From the IMG/VR virus record IMGVR_UViG_3300022745_000423, positions 1 to 31,969 of that record: a stretch of DNA of 31,969 nucleotides, one strand, 5' to 3'. The notes beneath the pieces were generated by a model. It was not told the DNA's origin. It saw only the letters and a list, made by a program, of their open reading frames with translations, and searched no databases. How positions within the stretch are numbered: position 1 is the first letter of the stretch; every line of letters starts with the position of its first letter. This DNA is from a virus. A program made the position numbers and the translations under genes. Of this stretch, positions 13,743 through 23,264 are shown in pieces.

Positions 13743-14196
13743 TCCACTTTCCAACCAAACATCCGCATTGACCCCATCGAAAGCGGGTTGGGCTAAGGAC
13801 AACCCTTTTGGGGAAGCCTACAAGCCCGATGACCCCCGTTCCGTTGCGGCACGTCAAGCTTTGGCCGAACAAGCCAAAGCGTCCAATGAAAATGAAGGTG
13901 ACACGGTATTGGGCGGAATCGGTGGTGTCATCGGTGGTGTCATCGGTGCCTACTTTGGTGGCCCCATGGGTGCCGTTGCCGGGTTCAAAGCGGGTCAAGG
14001 TGTTGGTAAGGGAGTGTCCGAACTTTCCACCGGGCGGGACGACAAGGGTTTGCAAGACGTTCTTGGTATTTCCGCTTTTGGTGACATCGTTGGAAAGGAC
14101 AAAAAGAAAAACCCAGATGGAACGGAAACAACCGATGGCACGGATGTCGGAGATACGGCGGGTTCCGACCTTGGTGCCGAAACGGCGGTGGTGTAA
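13729..14196 (+). CDS. glycine-zipper protein (155 aa)
   Basis: This is the internal ATG of track ORF 13510..14196, with GGGAGG 6 nt upstream. LGGIGGVIGGVIGAYFGGPMGAVAGFKAGQGVG (aa 61-93, nt 13909-14007) is a GxxxG glycine-zipper membrane segment flanked by polar, acidic regions. Confidence 0.5.
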   Translation: MATTDPLSNQTSALTPSKAGWAKDNPFGEAYKPDDPRSVAARQALAEQAKASNENEGDTVLGGIGGVIGGVIGAYFGGPMGAVAGFKAGQGVGKGVSELSTGRDDKGLQDVLGISAFGDIVGKDKKKNPDGTETTDGTDVGDTAGSDLGAETAVV

Positions 14197-16196
14197 TGAA
14201 AGCGGATGTTACGGGCTACATCAAGGAAGATGATCATCCCATCGAAGTAGATGCGGATGAACTGGTATTCCCACCCAACATGGGTTCCATCTTTGCGGAT
14301 GCGGTGATTGAACGTCAACCCGAAGCCCGTATTTGGGACGTATGCCGTGCTTACTTGGAAGATCGCCAGTTCCTTTTGATGGAACGTGCCACCCAAAACT
14401 TCGTGCAATCCATGGCCGTTGCGGATAGCGGTCGCAATCGCACGATGATCAATCTCTTGAAGCCCATTTTCCGTACCTTGAATAGTTTGTTGTCCACGTC
14501 CTATCCGGGTTTCCGTGTATCCCCGGCATCTCCAACAACCCAAGACATTGCCAAGGCACAAGCATCGGCCATGGCCCTTGAATGGTATTGGCAAGAAGAA
14601 TCCATCCAATACACCCTTGGCAAAGCCATCCGTTGGTTGGTGGTCACGGGCAACACGGCCATCCGGGAATACTGGGACGAAGAAAAGAAGAAGGTTTGCA
14701 CGGCGGTTTATAGCCCCTACGACATCTTGTTTGAACCGGGCACCATTGACCCCGATGAATCCGATTGGATTGCCTTGCGGCACCTTCCCAAGCGGGAAGA
14801 CTTGAAGAAAGCGTATCCACGGTTTGCCGAAGAAATCGATGCCGCCGCCGCCATCACCGAACGGGATCAACAAGACCCACGGCAGTTGAAGGTTCCTAAG
14901 AATCGGATTGAAATCTACGAAGTCTATTGGCGTGATGGCCGTCGTGCCGTGTGCTTGAAGGACATCTACTTGTTCCAAAGCCACACACCTAAGGGAATCT
15001 TCCCCGTGCAGTTCATCCGTTACACGGACATCCCCGGAAAGTTGTGGGGCATGGGCGTATTCCAAAGCCTTATTGACTTGCAAAACCAATACAACCGTGG
15101 TCGCCAACTGGTATTCGATTCCGCCGACTTGATGGCCAATCCCATTTGGATGGTCCCCAAGCAATGTGGGATCACCAACAATGGTATTTCCAACACCCCC
15201 GGTAAGAAGGTGTGGTACGACCCTAGTGGTGGGACGCCACAACGGTTGCCCGGTGTCGGTATGCCCGGTGATTTCTACACCAACTTGCAAACCATCCAAA
15301 GTGAAATCCTTGATTTGTCGGGCGTGCATAGCACCACCATGGGTAAGCGGGCGGTGGGTATTTCAAGTGGTGTGGCCATCAAAGCTTTGTCGGCTTTGGA
15401 CATTGGGCAACTTCAAATGACCCAAGACCACATCGAACAAGCCGTCAAGGAAATGTGCAAGTGCGTTTTGGTCTTGATGCAAACGTACATGACCGAAGGT
15501 TTGGCGGTGAAGATGTTGTCCTTGGCGGGGCGTGTGGTCTACAAGGAAATCCAACAATCGGATTTCGTGGAAACCCCCAACGTCCAACTTGAAGCCAATA
15601 GCTTGTTCCGTTCGGAAGGCGAGGATAAAGATGCCCAAACGATGCAACTCTTGCAAAACAAGTTGATCACCCCGGAACAAGCCAAGGCACGGTTGACGTA
15701 CCACACGGGGGATTTGGACGCCTACAAGAAGATGATGGCATTTAGCCAAGCCCAAGAAGCCTTGTTCGTTGCATGTGGGCATGCGGGTGCGGACAAGGGC
15801 ATTGAAATCCTTCCAACGGATGACCTTGATGCCTACGCCACGGTGTTCGCGGAGTTCATCCAAAGCCCCGACTACAACTTGCTTCCGCCCGATCGGCAAC
15901 AATACGTCCGTGACATCCTTGTTCGCTTGAAGAACCCCACGGCAACGGCGGAACAATACGGACAAGAAGCTACGGCAAAGATTTGGCCGGTACAACCGAC
16001 GAATCCACAAGATGCGGCATCGGACATGGTTGCAAGCCAAACGCCCCTTGCGGGGGCACAGGTGTTGCAAGAACAACAGCACATGCACGCCATGAAGCAA
16101 TCCTTGCAACAAGCGGGACTTCGGAACCCCGAAGGGAATCCTTCCAATCCGGTTAGCCCCATGGCACCCACACCAACACAAGGAGTGATGCCCTAA
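14196..16196 (+). CDS. portal protein (666 aa)
   Basis: ORF track. TAATG overlap with the upstream gene. Size and overall pattern fit a portal: a conserved central region (SLIDLQNQYNRGRQL...NPIWMVP) and a helical, Gln-rich C-terminus. The position in the head module also fits. Confidence 0.75.
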   Translation: MKADVTGYIKEDDHPIEVDADELVFPPNMGSIFADAVIERQPEARIWDVCRAYLEDRQFLLMERATQNFVQSMAVADSGRNRTMINLLKPIFRTLNSLLSTSYPGFRVSPASPTTQDIAKAQASAMALEWYWQEESIQYTLGKAIRWLVVTGNTAIREYWDEEKKKVCTAVYSPYDILFEPGTIDPDESDWIALRHLPKREDLKKAYPRFAEEIDAAAAITERDQQDPRQLKVPKNRIEIYEVYWRDGRRAVCLKDIYLFQSHTPKGIFPVQFIRYTDIPGKLWGMGVFQSLIDLQNQYNRGRQLVFDSADLMANPIWMVPKQCGITNNGISNTPGKKVWYDPSGGTPQRLPGVGMPGDFYTNLQTIQSEILDLSGVHSTTMGKRAVGISSGVAIKALSALDIGQLQMTQDHIEQAVKEMCKCVLVLMQTYMTEGLAVKMLSLAGRVVYKEIQQSDFVETPNVQLEANSLFRSEGEDKDAQTMQLLQNKLITPEQAKARLTYHTGDLDAYKKMMAFSQAQEALFVACGHAGADKGIEILPTDDLDAYATVFAEFIQSPDYNLLPPDRQQYVRDILVRLKNPTATAEQYGQEATAKIWPVQPTNPQDAASDMVASQTPLAGAQVLQEQQHMHAMKQSLQQAGLRNPEGNPSNPVSPMAPTPTQGVMP

Positions 16197-16909
16197 TGGC
16201 TACCGTCACACAGGTTTCAGCATTGTTTCGTCAATACATTGATGAAACCGATGATTCGTGGTTGGAAAACAACATCCCGGTTTATCTTCGGTTTGGCTAT
16301 GCCCAAATGCGTCGGATGGCCCAACAAGCCGATCCCTACGCATTGGCTATTGAAGCCCCACCCATTTCTTTGACCAATGCCATGCAATACGATTTGTCTT
16401 TGACGACAAACCCCGTTCGCTTGCTGGGGAATCCTTTGGCGGGTTTGACGGGACCACGGTTGCAAAAAATCCTCCAAGTCCAATCGTTCAATGTGGATGG
16501 GACGGTGAAGTACATGTGGAAGGGCGTGGGTTCCATCCGGGAACTTCGTCGTTATTCATGGGCGGGTGGGCAAGTAAGTGGTGGGTACGGACCCGCCCAA
16601 TACTTCTTGCAAGGCAACTTGATTTTGTTCGCCGCCCAGATCACGGAACCCAACTTCACCATCACCTACTTCCCCGAAGATACGGTGGATTGGACCAAGA
16701 ATGGTCAATCGGACAATGAATACATCGACAACTTCGGGGACTTCGCGGACTTGATTGCTTTGTTGGCTTACCAACAATACGCCATCCGCGACGGCATCAA
16801 CAACCCCGGTGTTCTTGCGGCAACCCAAGATCGCAAGGCGGAGTTCAATGCCTATTTGGCTACGGGTCGGGATGTTCCCGGCCATGATCACGTCGTTCGG
16901 GAATACTGA
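16196..16909 (+). CDS. putative head-to-tail adaptor / tail tubular protein A-like (237 aa)
   Basis: ORF track. TAATG overlap with the portal gene. The call is positional only: in T7-like podoviruses the portal-proximal adaptor is about 200 aa. Confidence 0.35.
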   Translation: MATVTQVSALFRQYIDETDDSWLENNIPVYLRFGYAQMRRMAQQADPYALAIEAPPISLTNAMQYDLSLTTNPVRLLGNPLAGLTGPRLQKILQVQSFNVDGTVKYMWKGVGSIRELRRYSWAGGQVSGGYGPAQYFLQGNLILFAAQITEPNFTITYFPEDTVDWTKNGQSDNEYIDNFGDFADLIALLAYQQYAIRDGINNPGVLAATQDRKAEFNAYLATGRDVPGHDHVVREY

Positions 16910-16930
16910 TAGTTTTCAAGGACTTACCCT

Positions 16931-19642
16931 ATGGCAATGCCCGGTGACGACATTGAAGTCCTAGCCCCCGGAACGGATGTGAATGACCCGTTGAAGGGTT
17001 CGTTTACGCAAAATCTGTTCATGCGTAAGGGTGCGTGGGAAATCCGTGCGGGGTTTGGACAACTTACCCAGAACGATTGCACGATGTTGGCCCCGGATTT
17101 GGGGAATAGCATTGCCCATGGGTACACCAAGATCCTTGGTAGCCAAATCATCACCACGGACTTTGGACATCGGCAAATCGTTACCATCCTTTCGGCTAAG
17201 GTCTATACGGCCAATAGCTTTGATCTGGGACAATGGGCCGATGTGGTGGCTATCTCCATCTATGACGAAACCGCCAATGCACGGTGGGAAGAAATCTTGA
17301 CCCGCCACACGTCCGAAAACAACCCGACATCCACGCAAATGGATGGGTGGCATGGCACCTACGAAACGAACACCACCACGAACTACACGGCATGGATCAC
17401 GACGAACGATGAACCCGTTTGTTTGGTTGAATACAATGACACTTTGTACTTTGGTTCAAGTGGCATTGGTTTGTGGGCGTACATCCCGGCGGATTTTGCC
17501 CGTGGTGTAGGACGCTACAAGGCAATCAACGGGATCTACTCCGTCAACAACAATGACCCCTATTCGGAATCATCCTTGGTGATCCCCGTGACGCCCGCAC
17601 CGGGTCAGTTCGCAAATGCCTACACCTATTTGGATACCGCTAGCTTCCCCGTTCCGGCGGACCTTGCGGTGTTGGATAATCGGTTGGCCATTGCCGCAAA
17701 CAAGACGGTGTGGTTTTCGGACATCGGGCGTCCCACATCCATCATTTCCACGAACTTTGTCACCGTCCCATCCGATGCACCTATCACGGCCATCGGTGAA
17801 GCCAATGGAAATCTCCTGATTTTCACCCCGAACGAAACATGGTTGTACCAACCATCGGTGGGTGCCCTTACATCCGCCGGTCGGATGACCAAGATTAGCC
17901 AAGACATCGGTTGTTTGAACCCACAAGCCAAGGTGCGTGCCGAATCCGCCCTTGTGTGGGCATCCAAGCGGGGCATCCATTCAAGCCAAGGCACGTTGGA
18001 TTTGAATACCATTTCGGAACCCATCCGTCCGTTGTTCGATGAAGATGTGACAAACCCTTTGACGAACTATTTCCAAGCATCCGGTGTGACCACTTTGGCA
18101 AACCCACAACCACGGCTTGTTTGGGATTGGGCGGATACCACGGGTGTCAATGTCACCTATGAAGCCCAACAAAACATGTTGTTGGTTTGTGTCCCGGCAA
18201 AGAACTTGATCTTGTCCTACCAACGTGGGGCATGGTCCTTTTGGAACACGGAATCCCTTGCGGTGAACTCGTCGTCCGACGTTGGCATTGATTCCTATTT
18301 GAACCCAAAACGCATTCAAGCTTTGCAAGGGGATTTGTATCTGGTAGGGGGTATTGAAACGTACATCCCCCAAGATGGCGTTCCCACCAATAAGGATGAT
18401 TCCAAGTCCACTTCCTTCTTCATCACAAAGTGGGGTCGCGGTGGTGGCATTGATCGTTCGGTTTCCCTACCCGAAGATGCCCGGTCTTTTGCCGGATACT
18501 ATGAACTGTCCAATCCATTGTCGGGTTTCATCTTGGACAAGCCAATCCAACTTCCGGCGGGATGGGTTAGCCCATTCGGACAAGTGGCACCCGCACAAGG
18601 ATGGCTTTTGGTGCCCGTTCGTGTTTGCACCATTGCCGATGATGCCGTACCGCAAAAGCTTCGCTTGTGGTTCGATTTTGACAACACGAACTGGAAACCC
18701 GTGGTCAAGGCCGTTCAACCTCCGGGACATACCCAACTTGACGTGGTGTTCCCATCGGAACGTTTGGGATCTATGGATGGGTGGGGTGATTCCCTTGTTA
18801 CGGGCACACGCCAAATCCAAGTCTATAACAACACGCCCACCCCGGACCCGAATGGCAAGCACATCCGTTGTGACTTTGATGGGGCGGGCGGCACATGGAC
18901 ATCCGCACCATACATCAACAATGCACCGGGACGGACAACCACGTTGTTTGGGATCTTATTTGAAAAGCTTGACCCCACGGTGACTACGATGTCCATGGGT
19001 TTTAGTCCCGTGCAGATGTACCAAAGCCACAATGGCATGGCGACCCGTGCGATTAGCTTGGTGAACTGGCACTTTGCGGATGTCCATAACCGTCACGATG
19101 ATGACGATGTAGCACAACCCGTGGATTGGTGTTTCCGTTCGGCCCAAATCAATAGCAAGAACACCATGGAAATCCGTGCCCGTGGCATCCGCATCCGTGC
19201 GGTGACCCATGGTAAGGGTTCCAACCCCATCAACCCATCGTTCCCCTTTGGCATCTTGAATGCCCTTGTTGGTTCGGATTGGAAGGATTGGGTTTCCCAA
19301 ATCGTAGACTACACGGGTGACCCGTCAAACATCGGGAACTTCCAAAAAGATCCCCTTCGGTTGCGGGTCAAGGATTCCACCACCCATTTGACGGGACGTA
19401 CCTTTGTTCCCGTGGGTCCAACACAAGGGATTCAATGGTCGGACACGACCACGACAACCACGGGGAACTTTTTGATTAGCGATGAAGAAGTGGACACCTT
19501 GGTCATTTCCGATTCCGTCAAGGGGGAAATGGTTTCTTGGACGGTCTATGGCTTTGTCCGTGACCGTGCGGAACGATTGGTATTGGATTCCATCACGGCG
19601 GTTACACGCCCAAGTGGCAACCCACGTCGGCGGGGTAGGTAA
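16931..19642 (+). CDS. putative tail nozzle / tail tubular protein B-like (903 aa)
   Basis: ORF track. A large beta-rich protein following the adaptor-like gene, comparable in size and position to T7 gp12 (794 aa). The call is positional only. Confidence 0.35.
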   Translation: MAMPGDDIEVLAPGTDVNDPLKGSFTQNLFMRKGAWEIRAGFGQLTQNDCTMLAPDLGNSIAHGYTKILGSQIITTDFGHRQIVTILSAKVYTANSFDLGQWADVVAISIYDETANARWEEILTRHTSENNPTSTQMDGWHGTYETNTTTNYTAWITTNDEPVCLVEYNDTLYFGSSGIGLWAYIPADFARGVGRYKAINGIYSVNNNDPYSESSLVIPVTPAPGQFANAYTYLDTASFPVPADLAVLDNRLAIAANKTVWFSDIGRPTSIISTNFVTVPSDAPITAIGEANGNLLIFTPNETWLYQPSVGALTSAGRMTKISQDIGCLNPQAKVRAESALVWASKRGIHSSQGTLDLNTISEPIRPLFDEDVTNPLTNYFQASGVTTLANPQPRLVWDWADTTGVNVTYEAQQNMLLVCVPAKNLILSYQRGAWSFWNTESLAVNSSSDVGIDSYLNPKRIQALQGDLYLVGGIETYIPQDGVPTNKDDSKSTSFFITKWGRGGGIDRSVSLPEDARSFAGYYELSNPLSGFILDKPIQLPAGWVSPFGQVAPAQGWLLVPVRVCTIADDAVPQKLRLWFDFDNTNWKPVVKAVQPPGHTQLDVVFPSERLGSMDGWGDSLVTGTRQIQVYNNTPTPDPNGKHIRCDFDGAGGTWTSAPYINNAPGRTTTLFGILFEKLDPTVTTMSMGFSPVQMYQSHNGMATRAISLVNWHFADVHNRHDDDDVAQPVDWCFRSAQINSKNTMEIRARGIRIRAVTHGKGSNPINPSFPFGILNALVGSDWKDWVSQIVDYTGDPSNIGNFQKDPLRLRVKDSTTHLTGRTFVPVGPTQGIQWSDTTTTTTGNFLISDEEVDTLVISDSVKGEMVSWTVYGFVRDRAERLVLDSITAVTRPSGNPRRRGR

Positions 19643-20244
19643 TGGATTGGTTCCGTGAACTACAAGTCGTATCCGCCACACCGTTGGATGTCCATAACCA
19701 ACGCAAGCGGGATGATGACCAAAGGGTTCAAGCATCCTTGGGCCAACAAGTGTTGACACCCCAAGACCCGGTGCAAGAAACCTTGACCCGTGGCAATGCA
19801 TGGCTATTGGGTGCCGGGGACCATGGCGGGTTCAACTTGAAAGCACCCTATGGATTCTTGCAAGGTGTGCCGGGTTCCATCATCAAGGATTCCAATGTGA
19901 CCTTGGAAGCGGAAGGTTTGACCATCGAAGGCGTCATCTTTTTGGCATCCGCCCAACAAAGTGCCAATGCGGGGGCATTGGTTAGTGTCACTAGCGGGAC
20001 GGTGGTGTTCACCCATTGTTTGTTCTTGAAGCCCCAAAGTGGCACGCAAAGTGGTGACTTTGTTATCATTGCCGATGGTGCCAAGGCAATCTTCATCGGG
20101 TGCCAGTTTGGCCCCACACAAGCCAATGGGCAATACGCCGTGAATCATCTTGGTGCGGTAGCAACGGACGTTGGCATCATTGGATGTTCCAACAAGACGG
20201 GTTTGGCACACAACAATGTGACGACCGTGTTTGAGGTCACCTGA
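19642..20244 (+). CDS. small right-handed beta-helix-like tail protein (200 aa)
   Basis: ORF track. TAATG overlap. There are four rungs of roughly 22-25 aa: LTIEGVIFLA, GTVVFTHCLF, AKAIFIGCQF and TDVGIIGCSN. This is the pattern seen in pectate-lyase-fold tailspikes. Confidence 0.4.
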   Translation: MDWFRELQVVSATPLDVHNQRKRDDDQRVQASLGQQVLTPQDPVQETLTRGNAWLLGAGDHGGFNLKAPYGFLQGVPGSIIKDSNVTLEAEGLTIEGVIFLASAQQSANAGALVSVTSGTVVFTHCLFLKPQSGTQSGDFVIIADGAKAIFIGCQFGPTQANGQYAVNHLGAVATDVGIIGCSNKTGLAHNNVTTVFEVT

Positions 20245-21116
20245 TGGCAAAGTCACTACGCGAAATCACGACACAACAGTTTTCGGACGGCACCACCGCC
20301 GATGGCAATCGTATTGAACGGGCCTTGGAGGATTTCTTTGGGAAGTTCAACGGGGTCAAACCACGGGACATCCCGCGTCGGTGGATGCCCCAACGGATTG
20401 TCGGTGGGTGGCTTCCTTGTGATCCCAATAAGGATGTCCAAGGCCCAATGCCTTTCATGACGATTCAAAACCTTGTCGGTGGAACGTTGAATCATGCAAC
20501 CCCGGAAGGCGGGTTCCAAAACGTATTGCGGTTCAAGGGAACCCAAACACCGGGCATTAACTTGAATGATGGGACGTTGACGGATAGCCAATGGGCATGG
20601 TCCCAAAGCTATTGTTTGAACCGTCCCGTCATCCTCACGGGATTCACCTTCTTCATCCAAAGTGATTCTTTGACCGAAGTGAAGACCACCTACACGAACG
20701 ATTTCTTGTACGACAACCCACCGCCGCCCACAAAGACGGCGTTCCGTTGGGTGGATGATGCCATTGTGGAACTTTCTACGGATAGCTTGTTCTTGCCCGA
20801 ACAACAAAACTTGAATGCCGTGGATGCCAATCGTGGTCTGTTTTCCTTTTCAACCGAAGTGTTGTCCACCCTTCCGATCACCCCGGCACATGAAATGAAC
20901 CCCGTACACCCATGCCATGAAATCCATGGGGCGGTGGTTCAATGTGACCGTTTGTACTTGCCGCTACGGGAAAACGGGCGGTTCCGTTTGTCTTTGATTC
21001 TCCCCAAGTACGCATCGGGTAAATCTGGTTGGAACACCGTAGGCACAATGCCGTGGCAAAACAGTTCGTTTAGCTATACAATCACCTTGTTGGAAGGGTT
21101 GGAAGGTGACCGCTAA
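20244..21116 (+). CDS. hypothetical structural protein (290 aa)
   Basis: ORF track. TGATG overlap. It lies within the tail gene block. No motif recognised. Confidence 0.55.
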   Translation: MAKSLREITTQQFSDGTTADGNRIERALEDFFGKFNGVKPRDIPRRWMPQRIVGGWLPCDPNKDVQGPMPFMTIQNLVGGTLNHATPEGGFQNVLRFKGTQTPGINLNDGTLTDSQWAWSQSYCLNRPVILTGFTFFIQSDSLTEVKTTYTNDFLYDNPPPPTKTAFRWVDDAIVELSTDSLFLPEQQNLNAVDANRGLFSFSTEVLSTLPITPAHEMNPVHPCHEIHGAVVQCDRLYLPLRENGRFRLSLILPKYASGKSGWNTVGTMPWQNSSFSYTITLLEGLEGDR

Positions 21117-23254
21117 TGTCCAAACTTAGTCGAAAAGGATTGTCCCGTGGGGTGAAGTTGACCCGGCAACATGCGTTCCAACCCATGTCTACCGTGGCTA
21201 CGGCTTTGACCAATGTGACCCTTGATGACGTGAACATGGAAACCCCATGGGCACCAGTTCGTTTGACCATCATGTTCCCCGTGATTGATAGTCGGTTCCA
21301 AGAACTGGCTCCGTTTTCCAACGGTGTGCAAACCATCATGCCGTTCATGATGCCGCCCTTGCAGGAGTTTTTCTCATCCCAAGGTTCTACAACCCCGGAT
21401 ACACCACAAGTCATTCTGGATGAAATCGGGATTTCCTTTGACACCCGTGGGGAACCCGCCGTCATTGCATCGGTGGAATCCGTTGATCCAAATCCACCAT
21501 ACAACCCCGTCCCAGATCGTGCGGGTGATTTGAACTACTTGTATCCCAATGCCTACGACATCACCGTGTCCTTGTTGGAAAAGACCCCGGTGTATTTCCA
21601 AAACGGTTTGAAGAATAAGTATCTACCGGATCGGGAAGTGGTGAACTTCCACCTTCCCCCGGATGCCTTTGCGGGGCGTACCTTGCGGTTGAATCCGTTC
21701 ATCCAATCCGGGTTGGGTAAAACCATTGACCCCTACAAGACGTACATCATCGCTTTGTACACGCCGGGATTGCACCCCAAGACGGACCAGTTCTTTTCCA
21801 ACTTGGTTTCCTTCACCGTGACATTGCGGTTCCGTCATCGGTTGGCTCAACGGGACCATGGAACCAACACCCAAAACTTGCCTACGGTGCATCTGGGAAA
21901 TCAAACCGGACAAACGATTCCTGTCACCACTCCCGCCGCCAATAGCTTGATCCATGCGGATCAAACCACGGGGTTCAACACGAACCTTGCCAAGTTTGAT
22001 GACATGGTTGCGGGTGGTTTCCGTGCGGGGTACGGACGGGATTCCGATGTCCCCGTGTACGAACACCTGAAAAAAGATGCCGGGTATTTCATCATGGGTG
22101 TCCCTTTGTGGAATGCCTTTGGCACGGAATACATGGTGCGTGCGGGTAAGGCGGGTTCTTTGCCCTATGTGGGCACCACGAACTTTCACCAACCGACGAT
22201 GGACCGTCGTTTCATTCCCATTGATTTCCCTTTCACCATTCACAACGTCATGGCCGTGGCGAACTACGTTCGTCCCAAGACCACGATCCCGCCCGCTATT
22301 GGGTTGCAACCCACATCACCCACGTTCGTCACAAAGGTTGGCGTTGGCATTGGGACGGGGCTTCGTGGTGACAACTTCAACTACCAACAAGTTGCCTATG
22401 CGGAATGGGATCCGTTGACCAAGAACAACATCTTGATTGACCGCATCAAGTTGTCCCAATCGGGACTTCTTTGTGGTGACGATTGGGATCAAGAACTATT
22501 GAACATCCCGGTATTGGACAAGGGTGTACAAGGCAATGGGTTCTATTTGCAAGGAACACCATTCTTTGCCGGGCGTGCCAACAATAAGACGATGGATCGC
22601 ACAACCACCAATGATGGTGCAAGCGGGCCACAAACTCCATGGACGGCGGGACAAGAACAGTTCCTTGAAGTCCGTTGGGGGTTTGAAGATTCCAATGGCT
22701 TGGCCCCGGCACCCATTGCATCGGTTACACCGACAACGGCGGATGATTTCCCCGGTGGCGGCATTATCGGTGAAGGTACATCTGGCGGATGGGTTGACAC
22801 CAACTTTGGTTGCACGATGCAAGTGGGTGAACCCACTATCCTTGCCAACCTTGGCGGTGCATCCTTGTGGTGGGCATGGAAAGCCCCCTACGATGGGCTT
22901 GTCACATGGTCAACCATTGGGTCCGTGACCGATGTAGCCATCGGTGCCTACCAAGGTGCCGCCGTGGATGCTTTGACCTTGGTGGATCAGGATCATGGTT
23001 CCGGCGGGGGTGGTGAATCCGTCATCGCTTTCAACGCTATCGCGGGCCAAACGTATTACTTGAAAGTTGAATCATGGTCGTTGATTGGACCCGCCGTAGG
23101 CGGTCCAATCAACCTATCATGGGTAATGGACACGGGTGCCGCCGCTTCCCCTTACACGATGTATGCGGGAATGGGTGGACACATGGTATGGATAACTGGA
23201 AAATGCCACATGGCACTTCCGGTTCCCGGCCCGGATGGGGACACAGATTTCTAA
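21116..23254 (+). CDS. 712-aa tail-associated protein with a C-terminal beta-sandwich (pre-peptidase-C-terminal-like) domain
   Basis: ORF track. TAATG overlap. The C-terminal segment spans aa 565-669 and reads GCTMQVGEP...SLWWAWKAPYDGLVTWSTIGSVTDVAIGAYQG...ESVIAFNAIAGQTYYLKV...GPINLSW. It matches the GEP / W-x-W-x-AP-x-G / T-x-GS-x-D / AG-x-TYY pattern I recall from PPC-like binding domains. Confidence 0.5.
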   Translation: MSKLSRKGLSRGVKLTRQHAFQPMSTVATALTNVTLDDVNMETPWAPVRLTIMFPVIDSRFQELAPFSNGVQTIMPFMMPPLQEFFSSQGSTTPDTPQVILDEIGISFDTRGEPAVIASVESVDPNPPYNPVPDRAGDLNYLYPNAYDITVSLLEKTPVYFQNGLKNKYLPDREVVNFHLPPDAFAGRTLRLNPFIQSGLGKTIDPYKTYIIALYTPGLHPKTDQFFSNLVSFTVTLRFRHRLAQRDHGTNTQNLPTVHLGNQTGQTIPVTTPAANSLIHADQTTGFNTNLAKFDDMVAGGFRAGYGRDSDVPVYEHLKKDAGYFIMGVPLWNAFGTEYMVRAGKAGSLPYVGTTNFHQPTMDRRFIPIDFPFTIHNVMAVANYVRPKTTIPPAIGLQPTSPTFVTKVGVGIGTGLRGDNFNYQQVAYAEWDPLTKNNILIDRIKLSQSGLLCGDDWDQELLNIPVLDKGVQGNGFYLQGTPFFAGRANNKTMDRTTTNDGASGPQTPWTAGQEQFLEVRWGFEDSNGLAPAPIASVTPTTADDFPGGGIIGEGTSGGWVDTNFGCTMQVGEPTILANLGGASLWWAWKAPYDGLVTWSTIGSVTDVAIGAYQGAAVDALTLVDQDHGSGGGGESVIAFNAIAGQTYYLKVESWSLIGPAVGGPINLSWVMDTGAAASPYTMYAGMGGHMVWITGKCHMALPVPGPDGDTDF

Positions 23255-23264
23255 GAGGTAGACA

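Noticed and set aside
13510-14196. A single 228-aa ORF instead of two genes (13476..13742 plus 13729..14196).
   Set aside because: The first 73 residues of the long version (MPLWLPLLGTTCCSVTPTERRKPKAKRTSTSPSIRWRTCK...) look like out-of-frame translation. The other frame gives a clean TM protein. The internal ATG at 13729 has a GGGAGG RBS.
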